From Macrostomum lignano (Eukaryota), in NCBI GenBank assembly GCA_002269645.1, contig NIVC01002693.1:1-64000 (forward strand): a stretch of 64,000 bases of DNA. Direction: 5' to 3'. The position numbers and the translations under genes are program-made. The notes beneath the pieces are model-generated. The model was not told the DNA's origin. It made no database searches and saw nothing but the letters and a program-made list of their open reading frames with translations. How positions within the stretch are numbered: the stretch's first letter is position 1; each line of letters begins with the position of its first letter. This document shows, piece by piece, positions 1-12,863 of the stretch.

Positions 1-860
1 TAGCATCGTGCACCCGGGCGTATGTAGCGGCTGTTGGTCTTCTTATCAGAGTTTTCAGAGCGCGCTGTTCAGCTGAGTTGTGCAGAAGTTCCTTGGCGAC
101 TTCTCTGGCAAGCAAAATAGCTGAACAGGTTCAAATTGACTGGTTTAATAACGTCCATGTATGCAGTTGTCTGGTGTTCCATGATCCGTGCGTTGGGTGG
201 CAGGAATTCTCGAGCGAAGAACAAGTAGAATGGTGATTCATTCATCGTTGAGTGTGCGGCGATTGAAGTGCAGGGGTAGGAAGTCAATCCAGAGATCTGG
301 TTTGTCATGGACAAAGGCCGTAAGAGTTTGCTTCAGTGTCTTGTGTAGCTGGATGCTGTTGGTACAAGGTGTAGATCAGGTGATTTCCAAGGCAACCCAT
401 AAACTCTCGAAATTCTTGCGAGATGAATTGGGGTCCATTGTCTGAGATGATTGTGCTGGTAGTCCTGCGAAGGCGAACACACGGTTGAAGAGGTTGTTTG
501 CAGATAAGAAGTTGTCTCAGTTAGCGGAATGGTGAACAGGAATTTGCTAACGCCGCATTGGGCTGAGTATGTACTTGTAGACGTCGCGGCCGTGGGAAAG
601 CTGGTGGCAGTGGTCCTACAAGGTCGATAGCCAAATGAGAAAAAACCTCGTTGAATTTGACGGCTTTGTGCAGCGGTCAGACGAGGTGCTGTTTTCGCTT
701 TGTGGCAGACTTTCGCAGTTGTTAACGAAATTGAAGAGTCTTGCCGTAGTGTAGGCCAGTAATAGAAGTGACTGATTTTGTCTGCTGTCTTTTGGTGACC
801 TAGATGACCACCAAGGGCTGTCGAGTGGTTACTGTCAAAAGAGCTTCACGTAGCGTGTTG
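1..860 (-). pseudogene. Integrase, frameshifted
   Basis: Manual translation gives GGHLGHQKTADKISHFYYWPTL, an HHCC region, DLVGP and IISDNGPQFISQEFREF, spread over several frames. Confidence 0.85.
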
Positions 861-863
861 GTA

Positions 864-3300
864 TCACGAGGCGGCTTCGTCCTTCGTCATCTTCAAAGTA
901 TAGAGTGTTTCCGTCCAGGAAATAACGTGCCAGGTGTCGGCGAACATATTGTTGGTCTTTCTTGACAGCTCGTGAGTGGGTGATTTTTCCGATAGAAGCG
1001 CTTTGATTGTTGACAGTAATGGGTCTTGATCAATGGCATCCTGCAGTCCGTTGAATGTTGACAGCGATTGTATCTGACAGACTTTGGGGATGCGTGAAAG
1101 GCAGTCCGCTACTACGTTTGATTTGCCTTTCACATAGTTGAGAGTGAAGTTGTAATCTTGTAGCGCTAGAATCCACTTCTGAAGTCGTTTTGAGATAGGT
1201 TGCTTGTCACTGAATAGACTCTTGAGTGGCTGGTGATCAGTGAAGACGTGGAATTGTTGGTAAGAGGCGTAGAGGAACACGTGTAGCTTCTTTATTGCCC
1301 AATAGATGGCGTATGCTTCGCGTTCAATCGGTGGATAGCGTTGTTCGGTTGACTTAACGTCTTAGAAATGTAGGCAACCGGGCGTTGGTGGTTGCTGTCG
1401 TCTAGCTGTGAGAGTACTGCTCCAATGGCGGTATCCGAAGCATCAGTGTGCAGAAAGTACGGTTTTCGCGGATTTGGATGAACCAGTAGTATATCCGTAG
1501 AGAGAAGTTGTTTCAGCTTTTCAAAGGCTGCTTGGGCGGCGTTTGTCCAGACGAATTTGTTAGGCTTCGAAGTATTTTTGATGATACTCAGAAGTGGTTG
1601 TACTACTCGTGAGTAGCCAGCAATGTGCGTTCGGTAGAAATTTGCAAGTCCAAGGAAAGATTGTAGTTGTTTAACCGTTTGAGGCACAGGGAAGGTCTTG
1701 ATTTTCTCGATGAGGCTGGGTGCGGGTCTAATGCCTTGAGCAGAAACCACAAATCCAAGATATTGTACCTCTGTTTTGGCAAAGATGCATTTTCGTAGTG
1801 AAATTCGCAATCCATGATGTCGTAACTTTTGGAAGAAGCGTTCGATTTCTTTGAGCATGCCGGTGAAGTCTTCGGCGATGAGCATGACGTCATCCAAGTA
1901 GGCAATCTGATTTGGAGAGTCAGCTGTTAACAATGCTACAAGACGGCACATTAAGCTAGGACTGGACTTGAGTCCTTGAGGTAGTCGATTGAATTCCCAA
2001 AGTAGGCCGTTGGGTGCAATGAACGCAGTGTATTTTGTGCTTTCTGGATCGATCCGAACTTGGTAGAAAGCATCTGCTAGGTCACAGAGTGTGTACAGTT
2101 TAGCGTTTTTCAATCGATGTAGCAAATCCGGAATCTTAGGAGGTCGGATGCTAGGAGCACGAATTAGCTTGTTCAGTTTTCGGTAATCCGTCACGAGTCT
2201 TAGTTGTCGGCGACCTTGAGCGTCGAGCGTCTTCTTTTCCACGAGAAGACATGGACTTGAGTATTCCGATTCACTCGGACTGATGATTCCTTTTTGACGG
2301 AAGTTTTCGATGAGCTCATCAAACCGTTCTTGTAGTCCATGAGCGATTGGATAGGGTCTGGACGTGACTGGCTCAGAGTGTGGGTGTAGATGCAGGTGAG
2401 CCGTGTATTGGGTAGAGCAACCCATGTCGGTTGGCAGTAGTGCCAAGACGTCACGGTACTTGTTCATTAGAGTAACTAATTGTTCACTCTGCTCGGTTGA
2501 GAGGTGCTGGTTGGCTTGTTTGAGTTGAGTACGGATCATGTCAGTCGTAGGTGCTTCTTGTTGCAGCGTGCGGAGACTGTTGATTTGAGCTGCTGGGCGC
2601 ACGATGTTGTAGTCAGACATGTTAGCCAGATTTCCAATGACTTGTTGAGGATGCAAGGTTTGCGTTGTCAGCGACGGGTTGGCAATTTCCACAGTGATAG
2701 TTTGTCCGTCCGGCTTGACAGAAACAAGGCAAGTTGGTATCATCAACTGGTGTTTCTGGATCGTGTGGTCCTTAGGGACGAACAGGACAGGAATCGTTGG
2801 CTCATGTCGAGAAGAGAGTTTCAGCGTGACTTGGTGCGTTGTCTGTGGTGGTAACTCTAGCTTGTTTTGCATCACCGCAGAGGTTTCTTGCAACTGTTGG
2901 ATGGAGTTGAGCATCGCAAATTGCTCATTGCCAAGCTTAGCTGTCGCTTTCGAGTAGTCGAATTGTAGTGGTATTCCCAGTGACTTAAAGGTTTCTACTC
3001 CTAAGAGCAAATCATAGTCAGCGTCGGGGGTGTCGAGCACAAAGGCCGATATCTTGTGGTTGCGTCCATCGATTTCGAGATCAAAAGTAGCCTTTTTGTT
3101 GAGGTTTAGTTGTTGTCCTCCTGCACAAATGGCGTTCATGTTGGTGTCTTGTAATGGTACTCGAAGCTTTTTGGCGAATGCCGGTGAGATGCAGGAGATC
3201 GAGGCGCCGCTGTCAATGAGGGCGGTGCATCTGTGTCGAGTATGCGGTGCGTTGCGGCACCACAGGTTGATCATAGTTGCTGTTGTTAGATGCTTCAAAA
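864..3300 (-). CDS. pol: Pol: aspartic protease, reverse transcriptase, RNase H (frameshift ~1350)
   Basis: ALIDSGAS (~3210); LRLVTDYRKLNK, LPQGLKSSP and YLDD (1889-1900); HTDASDTAIGAVLSQ; after the shift EQRYPPIEREAYAI...FTDHQPL. Confidence 0.95.
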
Positions 3301-3539
3301 CAAAGGCGTATGAGTAGTTTGCTGGCCATTTTGGAACTTTAGGTTCTGGCGGTGGTCTCCGTGGTGGCGGAAGGGTGGCACGAAGTTCAATCGTTTCGAT
3401 GGGTGCCGAGGGTGTTGGCGCTTGTCTCGGTGGTATCAGTTGCTGTTGTTGGGAGTAGTCGTTTCGTGATTCCACTCGAGTTGGAGTTCGTTGTTGCCGC
3501 AGCACTTGTATAGTGTGCGTTCTGCCGTACCGGATGGTG

Positions 3540-6250
3540 CTGGCGACGCAGAGTCGGCCAAGATTGCACACGAAGATAATAACGGCAATGTAGACGATTA
3601 CAGCTGCTGTTAAGACGAACTTTTCTTGATAGTTTGCGACTAGTCGATCCCAGTTGAATATCGACGAAGACCATAGATTGAGAAGAGCTAGTTTTGAGTC
3701 CAGGAATGCACTGTCAGCATGTGCTGTTCTATGTCGTGTTCGATTCGGAAGTTTGAAAACCGTAATCAGAAAATCGCGAGTTTGCATGAACTGGTGCATT
3801 AGGTCGGTCACCGTTATCGGACTACGAAGTGAAGTATAATTGATATCTCCCATAGGTTTGAAGATGCTTTCGGAGACTGAAGTTTGCAAATCGGACAACC
3901 GATAGTTTTCATCGGATCTGACATTAGCGGTTGTGGGTTCAAATCTCGAAAAATTTAGTGTGGTCTTGAATAGCATCGATTGTTTAGGCAGGTAGTAGTA
4001 TGGGAAGGCGTCGCATGAGATTAGAGCTGGAGTAGCTGTGGAGACAATACGAGTCGTTGTGTCCAAAAATCCAAGAACAGTATAATTTTGTAGACGGAAT
4101 TCCAGTGGGGGACGCGTGAAGCATTGGTTCGTCTTGTACTTTGGTTGGACAAAGCGGAACTGGTGTAGAGGTTTGCACTGGTAGACGAAGAGGTATCCAG
4201 CAATGGATCTAGCTCGCAGAAAAGGATCATTTAATAAGAGTCGAGCAGCGAGCGTTGGTTGTGTGTAGTATAACTGTCGTTGTACTTGAGATTAGTTGCA
4301 TACATCATGCATTGAGTAGTTGCAAGCTGTTTCTGTACTTGGAGAAGGTCTTTTCGAGCTTTACTAGCAGCTCCTTGTAGTTGTCCAGCAAGAAGTTCAG
4401 CGGATGCGAACGTTGATGAAAGTTGCGCAGTAGAGTTGCCTGAAGGGGCTGCGATGGTTTTGTCGTCTGTGCTTCGCTTGTTGCGTGGTAGTAGTAGGAG
4501 ATCCGGTTGACTGCCTTGTGGTTCGTGATGTGGAACTGCTAGATTCGTGTGAATAGAAGCCAGTTGTGGATTGGTTGTTGTCGCTGGTGAGTTCGTGGTG
4601 AGGTTGAGGTTGCAGACTTTGCTGGTGCACTGGTTGTGCTGCTAGAGGTTGAGGTTGTTGGCGGTAAGGTGGTGGTACGAGGTTGTGTCGTCACTTTTGT
4701 AGTCGTCGTAGTTGAATCTGCTGTCGTTGTTGCTGCTGAGGTTGTAGCAGTGGTGGTTGTTGAAGTTGTCGGTGTTACGGTTGTGGTAGGTATTGTTGTC
4801 GTTGTAGTCGGTGGCATTGTCGTCGTAGCTGGTGGTGTTGTCGTTGTAGTCGGTGGTGTTGTCGTTGTAGTCGGTGGTGTTGTCGTTGTAGTCGGTGGTG
4901 TTGTCGTTGTAGTCGGTGGTGTTGTCGTTGTCAAAATTGTAGTTGTTGGTGTTGATTTTGTAGTAGTTAGTATCGTAGTTGTTGGCGTCATTGTTGTAGA
5001 AGTGCTTGACGTCGGTGGATGATCAGGTCGCTCTTGTCGTAAAGGTTGCGGCGGTAGGAATTGTCGTGACTGAGTTGTCGTAGTGAAAGGATGTTGAGTC
5101 GTCGATTGCTGAACGGGTAATATTGTTGGTGGCGTTGGTAGTATCGCTGGTGGTGAACGACGTTTTTGTCTCGAAGAAGTGGTTTCTTCGCTAGTTTGAG
5201 GTTTTGGAGTAGCTTCTTCTAATGGGCTTCGTAAGGTGGCGAGAAATTCTGCTTCTTTGTTGTCGAGGATGTCTACGTATAGACCTTGCGTTGAAAGGTA
5301 CAACGTCTTACGGACGCCAGTGCAGGTGAGAGTGTGAGTCGACGGCACTGGGTTGAAGGTTAGTCCCAATGTTTGATCATTAGTTAAGAACAAGCCGGAG
5401 TTTAAGTTGCCTTCAAGAGTACGAAATGGTTTTAAAGGACAATCAGCGAGTGGTGGAGGTGTCCAAATAAGATTTAGATGTCTTGGTCCTTTCACGTCAA
5501 TTTGGTAGATTGCTTCAGTTTCCAAAGGATCCCAGGGGGATGTTAGTATCGGCAAAGGTAGGTTGAAAGCTCGCATTTCTTGTGCAGTTGTTTTAATTGT
5601 ACAAAATTTGTCGGCGAGTTTGCAGTTGTCCATTGGGAAGGACAAAGATTCCATTTTTTGATCTGCTGTTGAGTAGGCTGGGATTCCGGTGATCACTGTT
5701 GTTACTATTTGTTCTGAATGTGAACCAGGAGTGCAACGCACAGCATTTTGCGTGTTGAATGTCGATTGCAGGCGTTGGATAGACTGAGTTGACGCAGTCT
5801 TTAACACTAATGATCCATCAGGCGATAGCTTTGTTCGTGCCCAGTTTTCACAATCAGCTTGAGTGACTGGTTGCGGTTCCAACTCTACCAGGGCGGATGT
5901 CCAGGTTCTTATCACCGCCTTATCACATCTGATAGTGATTTTCTCGCGGAAACAGACAGTCATAACCAGAGAACTGGTTTCCACGTTCGTTGTGTAAAGT
6001 TCCAGTTTCAACGGGAGTGTCGGCGTCGTTTGGTGTTTGAGCTGTTCACAACGGATCTCATGTGGTATCGTGAAAATTCGTGGGATCTGGTTGTACGGAC
6101 AGACCATTGGTGTGTCAATGAAGCCCTCGTGAGATTGTCTCTCAATCGATGGTGGAGTTGACGTCGTTATCGGCGTAGCGTTGGCTAGTGCGAAGAGTGA
6201 AGTTGCTAGGCACAGGAGAAAAAGTGTCAGTAGTGATCGGCGAATTCCGA
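3540..6250 (-). CDS. env: Env-like type I membrane glycoprotein, possibly class III fusogen-like; two frameshifts (~4590, ~4287)
   Basis: Internal signal peptide (RRSLLTLFLLCLATSLFALANA), Cys-spaced ectodomain and Thr-rich tract. Furin-like RQKRR and RNKR sites. My manual translation continues ...QPTLAARLLLNDPFLRARSIAGYLFVYQC...CFTRPP...GFLDTTTRIVST...C into the 924-aa ORF, then a TM helix (FVLTAAVIVYIAVIIFVC). Confidence 0.75.
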
Positions 6251-8087
6251 CGGAAGCTTTCACGGTTTTCTCGCGGTTGTTGTTGCTGGTCGGTGGAGTG
6301 TAGGCGTTTGTCACTCTTTCAACCGTACAAAGGCGAATAGAGTTGATAGTCGCAGCGGCAGTAGTCGGTTTTTTGAGTAAAGATTTCAGCTGCTTAGCGT
6401 CTCCAGAGTAGCGAATTTCGTTTCCAAAAGTCGGTGGGCGTTCATCAACTGTAGCAATGTGCATCAGTTGGGCAGACTCGGGAGCGTCGTGAGTCGTCCA
6501 TCCAATCTGCGGCTGTTGATTCCATCCTGGGTGGGACGTTTCAGGGTCCTGAGCAGTGATGGCGCGTATCGGTGGATATTGTTGTTGCGCAAATCTCGGA
6601 GGTTGTCGTTGATTGTTGGTGCCGTTGTATCGAGGCGGATAGCGTTGCTGAGGCCGGTTTCCATAGTCTTGACGGGGTGGAAATCGTGATTGTTGTGTCG
6701 CCGGTGGACCGTAGCCTTGTGTACGTTGGGCTCGTAGTCGGCACTGGTTAATAGAGTGTCCTGGTTTTCGGCAATAGTTACAGGTCAATCGTGGCGGTCC
6801 CTGCTGGTAACGATTTCGCGGGGCATCAGAGCCGTATTGGGCTGTGTTCCTTCGATCACTTGAGTTAGGTCGGAAGGGACGAGGTTGTTGGTCATTCCTT
6901 CGACGACAGTCGGCGGCATAGTGTCCAGGTCGACCGCAATGATAACAAGTGGGCTTCTGTTGCATATTAGCGATAGGTGGCTTGGTTTGTGTTTGCAGGG
7001 AGGCAACCACCTGCTGATTGGCTTCCTTCGTCGTTTTTTCTAAGGTAGTTAGACGCTCTGTGAGAGCTTTCAAGTCAGTGCCATCAGAGTCCATGGTGGA
7101 GTCGCGGATTTGTTCGGCGCGGATGGCCTTGTTGATTAGCGTACTTTCCGTGGTGATATTTTGCTTCAAGAGTTCTCGTTTGATGTAGGGTAGAGCATTG
7201 TTGATAGTCGTAGCCATCAGGGTAGCAAGGAAGTCTCGGTTGCGCTGGTCGATGACAGCTTGGTTCGCGGGTGGTGTTTCCGGACCGGCACCTTCCGGAA
7301 ATTCTTCCGGTATTTCCGGCATAGCTGACCTGAGCTTTCGACGAATATCGGTGAAATAAGACAGGAACGGTTCGCCGTACTGTTGTTTCCGGGTTGTTGC
7401 ATTATGCAGCGTTAGAGCCGAGCCAATGGTTACTTCCCGAAGGCGTTGAGACAGTGCCTCAATGGTGGCTGGATAAGAGGCTTGGACTGCGGCAGAGAGG
7501 CGACTGTATTCGAGTTTAAGAAGGTCATTCAGTAGTCGCGGGAAGAGCCGAATCTTTGCGTTCTCCGATAGTCCAAAGGAGCGTGTGATCAAGTCGAACT
7601 CTTCAGTGAAGGAGCGGAAGTCATGCATTTGGTCGATTCCTTTCAGGGATTGACGAATTTCAGCAAGAGCAGTAGCTGAGACGGGATGGTTTGATTGCAA
7701 TTGCAGACTGCGGTTCATAACGTCAGTAAGTTCACGGACAGCATTTGTCGCTGCAGCATCAACATGGGGAGCGCCGTCCTGATCAGCCATATCTAGAGTA
7801 GATTCTTCAGCAATATCGTTTGGGGCTGGTTGAACTGTTTCGTCCGCGTCTGTTAGGATGGAGCTGGGTGCTGGTGAGTGTGCACGGTTGTGTTCAAAAT
7901 GATCCGCGAGAGGGTTATTAAACTCAACGTTATTTGGTATAAACAGGTTAGGTACTGGTGAACTATTTCGTGGGAGCTGTTCACCTATTTGGCAGTCAGA
8001 AGTTTCTAAATTTTGTTCAGGGGGTCTGTTAATATTTGAGCTTTGAAAAACTGGTCTGGAACGTAAATCTCGGACAGGTGTGGTCAT
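6250..8087 (-). CDS. gag: Gag: capsid-like region plus two CCHC zinc knuckles
   Basis: CYHCGRPGHYAADC and CNYCRKPGHSINQC. Likely ATG at 8087. Continues in frame into the env-like region. Confidence 0.9.
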
Positions 8088-9125
8088 TAACAAGAATTCA
8101 ATCAATAATTTCAAGGCAACGATAGCACAAAAGTGTAACTAATAGCAAAGTAGAGTGTCAAATTCAAAGTGAGCAAACGGCAATGGCTTTCAGGGTTGCG
8201 GTTGGCGGACTGGCTGGGGAAGGGAGAAAAAGAGAGACTGTGTAATTTTTTAACTGTGATCTGCGACGAGCTTTGAAAATCGAAGTAATTTTGAATTGAA
8301 CTGCCTTTTGATTGGTTCTGAAACTTTGAATTTTGAAATTTTGAACTCGGAAATCTTGAATTGAACTGCCGTTTGATCGGTTCTGAAACTTTGAAACTGA
8401 ATTTGATAAAGGAGCTCCTGAATGTTGGACTAGACGGACATCAGTGGTGGCCAATAAAATCGAATTTGTATCATTGAAGTCGGCAGTTTTCTTTTTCTTG
8501 AAGTCGGCAGTTTAGTCTTTTGAAGTCGGCAGTTTTCTTCTGAGAATTTGTTCTGGCTTTTTGAATTTCGAATTTGAATTTTGAACTATCTGACGAGTTT
8601 CAGCTAGGGGGGTTGATTTCATAATTTTAAGCAAGCGTAGAGTAATGTTTTTGTAGTTTTGTAAATTTGCTATTTTTTAATTTTTGAAAATTTTATAATT
8701 TTTATTGATCGGACTGATCATTTTGTAACTTTAACATGATAAGAGCAGTACGGGTTGTACGAAATGAACTATAAGCAATGGTATTGTTTTTTGTGTTTTC
8801 AAGTTTTATTATTTTTTTTTTTGCGATCTAATGATCATTTTGAGTTTGTCGCAGGCTACGAAAATACTATGTGAATAGTCTAGCATAGATGAAGCGAAGA
8901 AGAGTAAATGGAGACGTGCGTTTTTTGAGGTTTTAAATTTTTTATATTTTTTGTCGATCAAATGATCATTTTCAAAGTAGTGTTTACACCATGCAGTTTA
9001 AAGTAACAGAAGGTGAGCTGGAAATGAGACTACGATCAAAAGACAATGAGAGAGTATAGTATATTTACAGGGCCCAAGGGGGGCTGATGCTGAGGCGATA
9101 GAAATTGCGGCTTATGGGGGGGGGA

Positions 9126-9934
9126 TCACTCAGGGCGACCACCGTATGCGGAGGCGAGAAGTTTGGGGCAAGGAGAGTCGCTAACGTCAAAACAGGGGTC
9201 GTCGGTAAAGTCGGGGTGGCCAACTATATGTTCCCGGTGGAACCGAGGGAGGGTGAGGAAATGAGCTTCAATGGCCTGACCTCTAGAACTGCCGCGATGG
9301 CGCGTCCAGGTCGACCAGAAGTGGTAGCGGAGTTGGTAAGAGGCAAGGTGGAACAGGCTTAAGGGTGAGTCGGAAACGGGGGGAACAAAGCTCTGGAGCA
9401 ATAGTTCGTGGCGTTCACACTCCTCGTCATCAATTTTGCGACAGTATATTCGGCGGAGATCTTTGTAGCGAAGAGGAACGCCGGTATGAAAATCAACGCA
9501 ACGCAGAGCGCGGAAGAGTAGCTCGAAGTCCTGGCCTCGGAGGGCTATATCGACGATTGCGGACTTAAAAGCTCCTTGCAGGGGCGGCAGATGGAGGCCT
9601 TCGAGATGGAATAGCATATTGTCTATCTGCCCCGGGATGTGGCATTGGAGGCAGTCATAAATGTGGGTCAGGTAGGAATCAGTAATGGTGAGGACAAACT
9701 TGGTTACGGGACCAGGGCGTCCATTACAACTGAAGAGATCGTGAAACAGGGAATCCGGGATTGCGGGCTTGACGGTACGAGGAAACGGAAAGGGCGAGAG
9801 ATAGGAGGGGTGATAGTAAATGAAACTGCGGCGATGTTGGCAATAATACGTCTGACACTGGCAATCAAATAGTGGGACATCATCGGGGCAGTAAGGGATG
9901 CGGCTTCAGCGTAGATACGTGCGAAAGTAGTCAT
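9126..9934 (-). CDS. Unknown accessory ORF upstream of gag (~270 aa if one frameshift near 9905 is repaired)
   Basis: The 163-aa ORF frame is stop-free from 9905 to 9126 (IPYCPDDVPLFDCQCQTYYCQH...HIYDCLQCHIPGQIDNMLFHLEG...). An ATG at 9934 lies in an adjacent frame. Confidence 0.5.
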
Positions 9935-12856
9935 GTTGAAATTATAATAAGTGAATTAAAGTACTTTAATTTAATTTACAGTGTTACCAAGTTGCTGGAA
10001 CGGTAGAGACTGGATGTGAAGAGTGTCGTTCTTGCAGTTGGCTTCGGTAGTACTGGAGAGGAGATTAACTCAAGAGTGCAGGATTCTGTCAATCTATAGT
10101 GCTGCAAAAGTGCTAGTATAATAGTGCTGTTGATGGCGAATTCTGAAGGGAGTTGGGAACGGAGTTTGCGGCGTCCTCATTGGTTGGTTAGGGGGATTCC
10201 AAGCCATGCCTGGGAGACGGGGCGGTTATATTGGTGAAACTGAAGGGGGACGGGTAAGGCTTGCTACTCCTTCGCGACTCCGCTACTTCAAACACTCCCG
10301 GACGACGATTGCTCGACTATTTATTATGGCTATGCAAGCTCAACTCGAAAGGACGAGGAAGACGGCAGATCAATGGTGGTGGCTCTGTCGGCGGTTGTGG
10401 GAGCTCGAATTGCTGCTGGAGGACGGCTGGCCCCGCGACACGAAGCGGGGTGCTCGGCGGGGTTCGCGACTCCTGTCAGCGTTCAGGCGGCTAGTCACAC
10501 CCGTCCGTAAGTGGTGTGAGCGCCGCCTCGAATGGTGGCAGGAGCTCCAGCACGTGGAAGAAGAGATTGTAGCGGGACGCCGATGGGGTAATTTTATCCT
10601 AGTTTAATGTAATGGAAGGGGCTAACCGACTGAAGGTAGGGGTAATCTTGAGTTTAATTTTTTGTAATTTTGTATAGTTTTTGTAGATATGCTAACAACA
10701 ATTGAATTACTTATTAGTGTACATATATTTATATTGTTATTGTTGCGATTACCCTTTTGTACGTGTGAATGTTTTTGTAAAAAAATACATAACTAACCTG
10801 TTTAACTATTTGAATTGATAAAGGCTGCTCAGGTTAGAGGGGGGGCTATGGGTAGGGCTCAATCTTGACAAAGCAAAGGATGGATAGCGTAACAAGATGG
10901 TTAACAAAATAAGTAGGGCAAAAGCTGTATGGGGCACTAAGCATCTATTGCCTTTGGCAATAGGGAGATGAGAGAAAAGTAGAAGTTGTTTGGATCTTAA
11001 TCCATCATACAAAAACGAGAAATGGCTAGGAAAAGAAAAAATTCCTGGGGAAATTGTTTATCAGAGATCGTGAAAAGGTCGCTGAACCGGAGGGTGAGTG
11101 GCAGGATGGAGCTGGCCTGGACAGTTTGATTAAGGAAAAGATTTTTTGTGGGAGATAAAGTTGAGTGATGGTTTTAATCAAGAAAAGAGGTCGCTCTGGG
11201 AGGTCGAGTAGGCACACAAAGTCTGATGTGGGCAGTTTGTTTAAGATTAATATTTATTGGAGGGAACTGGAGTTGATTAAACACGCAAGAAATTCCCAGC
11301 ATCCCGAATGATCCATAGAAGGCAACTGCCAGAATCAGCAATCCGAAAAAAAAAACTTGGGTCGATAAGGATTTGATGGATGGGGCTCGTGGGGTTTGCA
11401 AACAGTGAGTTTGGAGTGTTTAATCAAGAAAAATAATGAAAGGCTAGGCAAGCGGTCTACGAAAATCAGAAAAGTTTTCCGGATGAAGCACGCAGGTTCG
11501 GCAAACAATTGGTTGGGACTTTAATCAAGGAAAATGATGAATGGTCAGGCAAGCAGCCTGTCGGATAAGCGAAAAAAAATTTTTTTTTGTTGACAGCAAG
11601 AAATTGGTGGCTCCAGAGTTTGATTAATATTTGCTGAAGTGACTTTGTTTGAATAGCTCGTCAGGTTTTTTGCGTTTTCGTTCTTTCTTTCGGGCGCTTA
11701 ACGGCGCAGAGAATCTGAGATAAGCCAGTTTTCTAGATGTGGCCACACACTGGGAAAAACCGAGGAGGAAACGAATGGCTCAGTCACTTTGGAGAGTTTC
11801 AAGTTTACTTGAGGAAATCCAGAGTAGACTTTGCTATTCTATGGAAAAGCAGTGAAGAAAGAAGCGTCCAACATTAAATAAACTTAAACAATTGATGATG
11901 CCGCGGTCTTTGAAAAATCGAAGCTTGGAAGCTTGAACAATTGAGGATCCGAATAACTGAATTGAATTTCTGCATTGAAGCTCTGAGGCTTGAGAATAAG
12001 AACTCGATATCAGACGTTCGACGACGTTTCTTGAATTAGAGTGAAATTGAAATTGTTCCGGAACGATAATTTATTGACTTTCATGGATCCTTTGAATCTG
12101 AAAAAACTTGAATCAGGTCTCAGTGCACTGGACAAAACTTAGAACCGATTTGAATTCTGAATTTGAATTTGAGGGCTCGTGATTTACGATTCATTCTTCG
12201 AATATGTATTACTGACAGTCTCGAATGCTCAAAGGGGAGGGGGGGGGGAAGCCAGTCCAACCGTTCACACCCATCAGCCACGCCTATAGCTGTCTACCCC
12301 ATGCAGGGCATAGCGGCTATTGTGGTGAAAAGCATCGGAGGAAAAGTACGGTCAGGGAACCAGTGAAATATTTTAAAATATATGTTATTGTTCTTCTTCT
12401 GGTCTCTCACTTCTATGGCTCTTGTTCTACTTCAAATATCAATGTGAGAGCCAAATAACTGAGGCGGCGGATTCAACTGACTTTTCCTGATGATGCAAAC
12501 ACTTGATGGTAACTTACAGACCGTTGTATTTGATGGTCACAATCTCGAGATGTTTTCTCACAAAATATAATGTCTAAGGTGGAATTCCAAATAAGAAGCT
12601 CGTTCGATTTAAGTCACAAGGTGTTTCTAGTTGTTCGGGTGAACCGAAGGTTCAGTCTATTGTGAAACGTGGATTGGGTGTTGGTTTGGCTTTAGTAAGT
12701 CGACTTATAAGTTTTGGTGTTTGGGTTGAGACCCTAACTGTGTCAATCAAAATAGTCAAACGAGGTAAGCTAGGAGAATGGCGAAGGAGAGGCAAGGGCG
12801 TGGAGAGGCGGAGCGAGCAGAAAAAGGGGCGAGCTTCTTGCTTGGTTAACATGAGC

Positions 12857-12863
12857 TTTTATA
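12857..12863 (-). promoter_or_regulatory. Putative TATA box (TATAAAA) of a possible 5' LTR at ~12.45-13.2 kb
   Basis: Correct strand and position for the retroelement. No second LTR in the window to confirm it. Confidence 0.3.

Larger units (their letters stand above)
1..8114 (-). mobile_element. Gypsy/Metaviridae-type LTR retroelement coding region, gag-env-PR-RT-RH-INT; runs off the window start
   Basis: Minus-strand ORFs 4539..8114, 1292..4066 and 864..1280 plus integrase fragments. PR-RT-RH-INT order is that of Ty3/Gypsy. Confidence 0.92.

Noticed and set aside
4280-4660. Programmed ribosomal frameshifts within env
   Set aside because: No canonical slippery heptamer noticed, and similar indels occur throughout pol and integrase, so decay or assembly error is more likely
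4636-5022. Val-rich plus-strand ORF
   Set aside because: Antisense of the Thr-rich tract
10206-10607. Plus-strand 133-aa Trp/Arg-rich ORF as an antisense gene
   Set aside because: No recognisable motif; composition fits the shadow of minus-strand C-rich coding-like sequence. Not fully excluded.
12440-12460. PBS for the Gypsy element (TGGCTCTCAC)
   Set aside because: I could not match it to a known tRNA 3' end, and the LTR boundary is unverified
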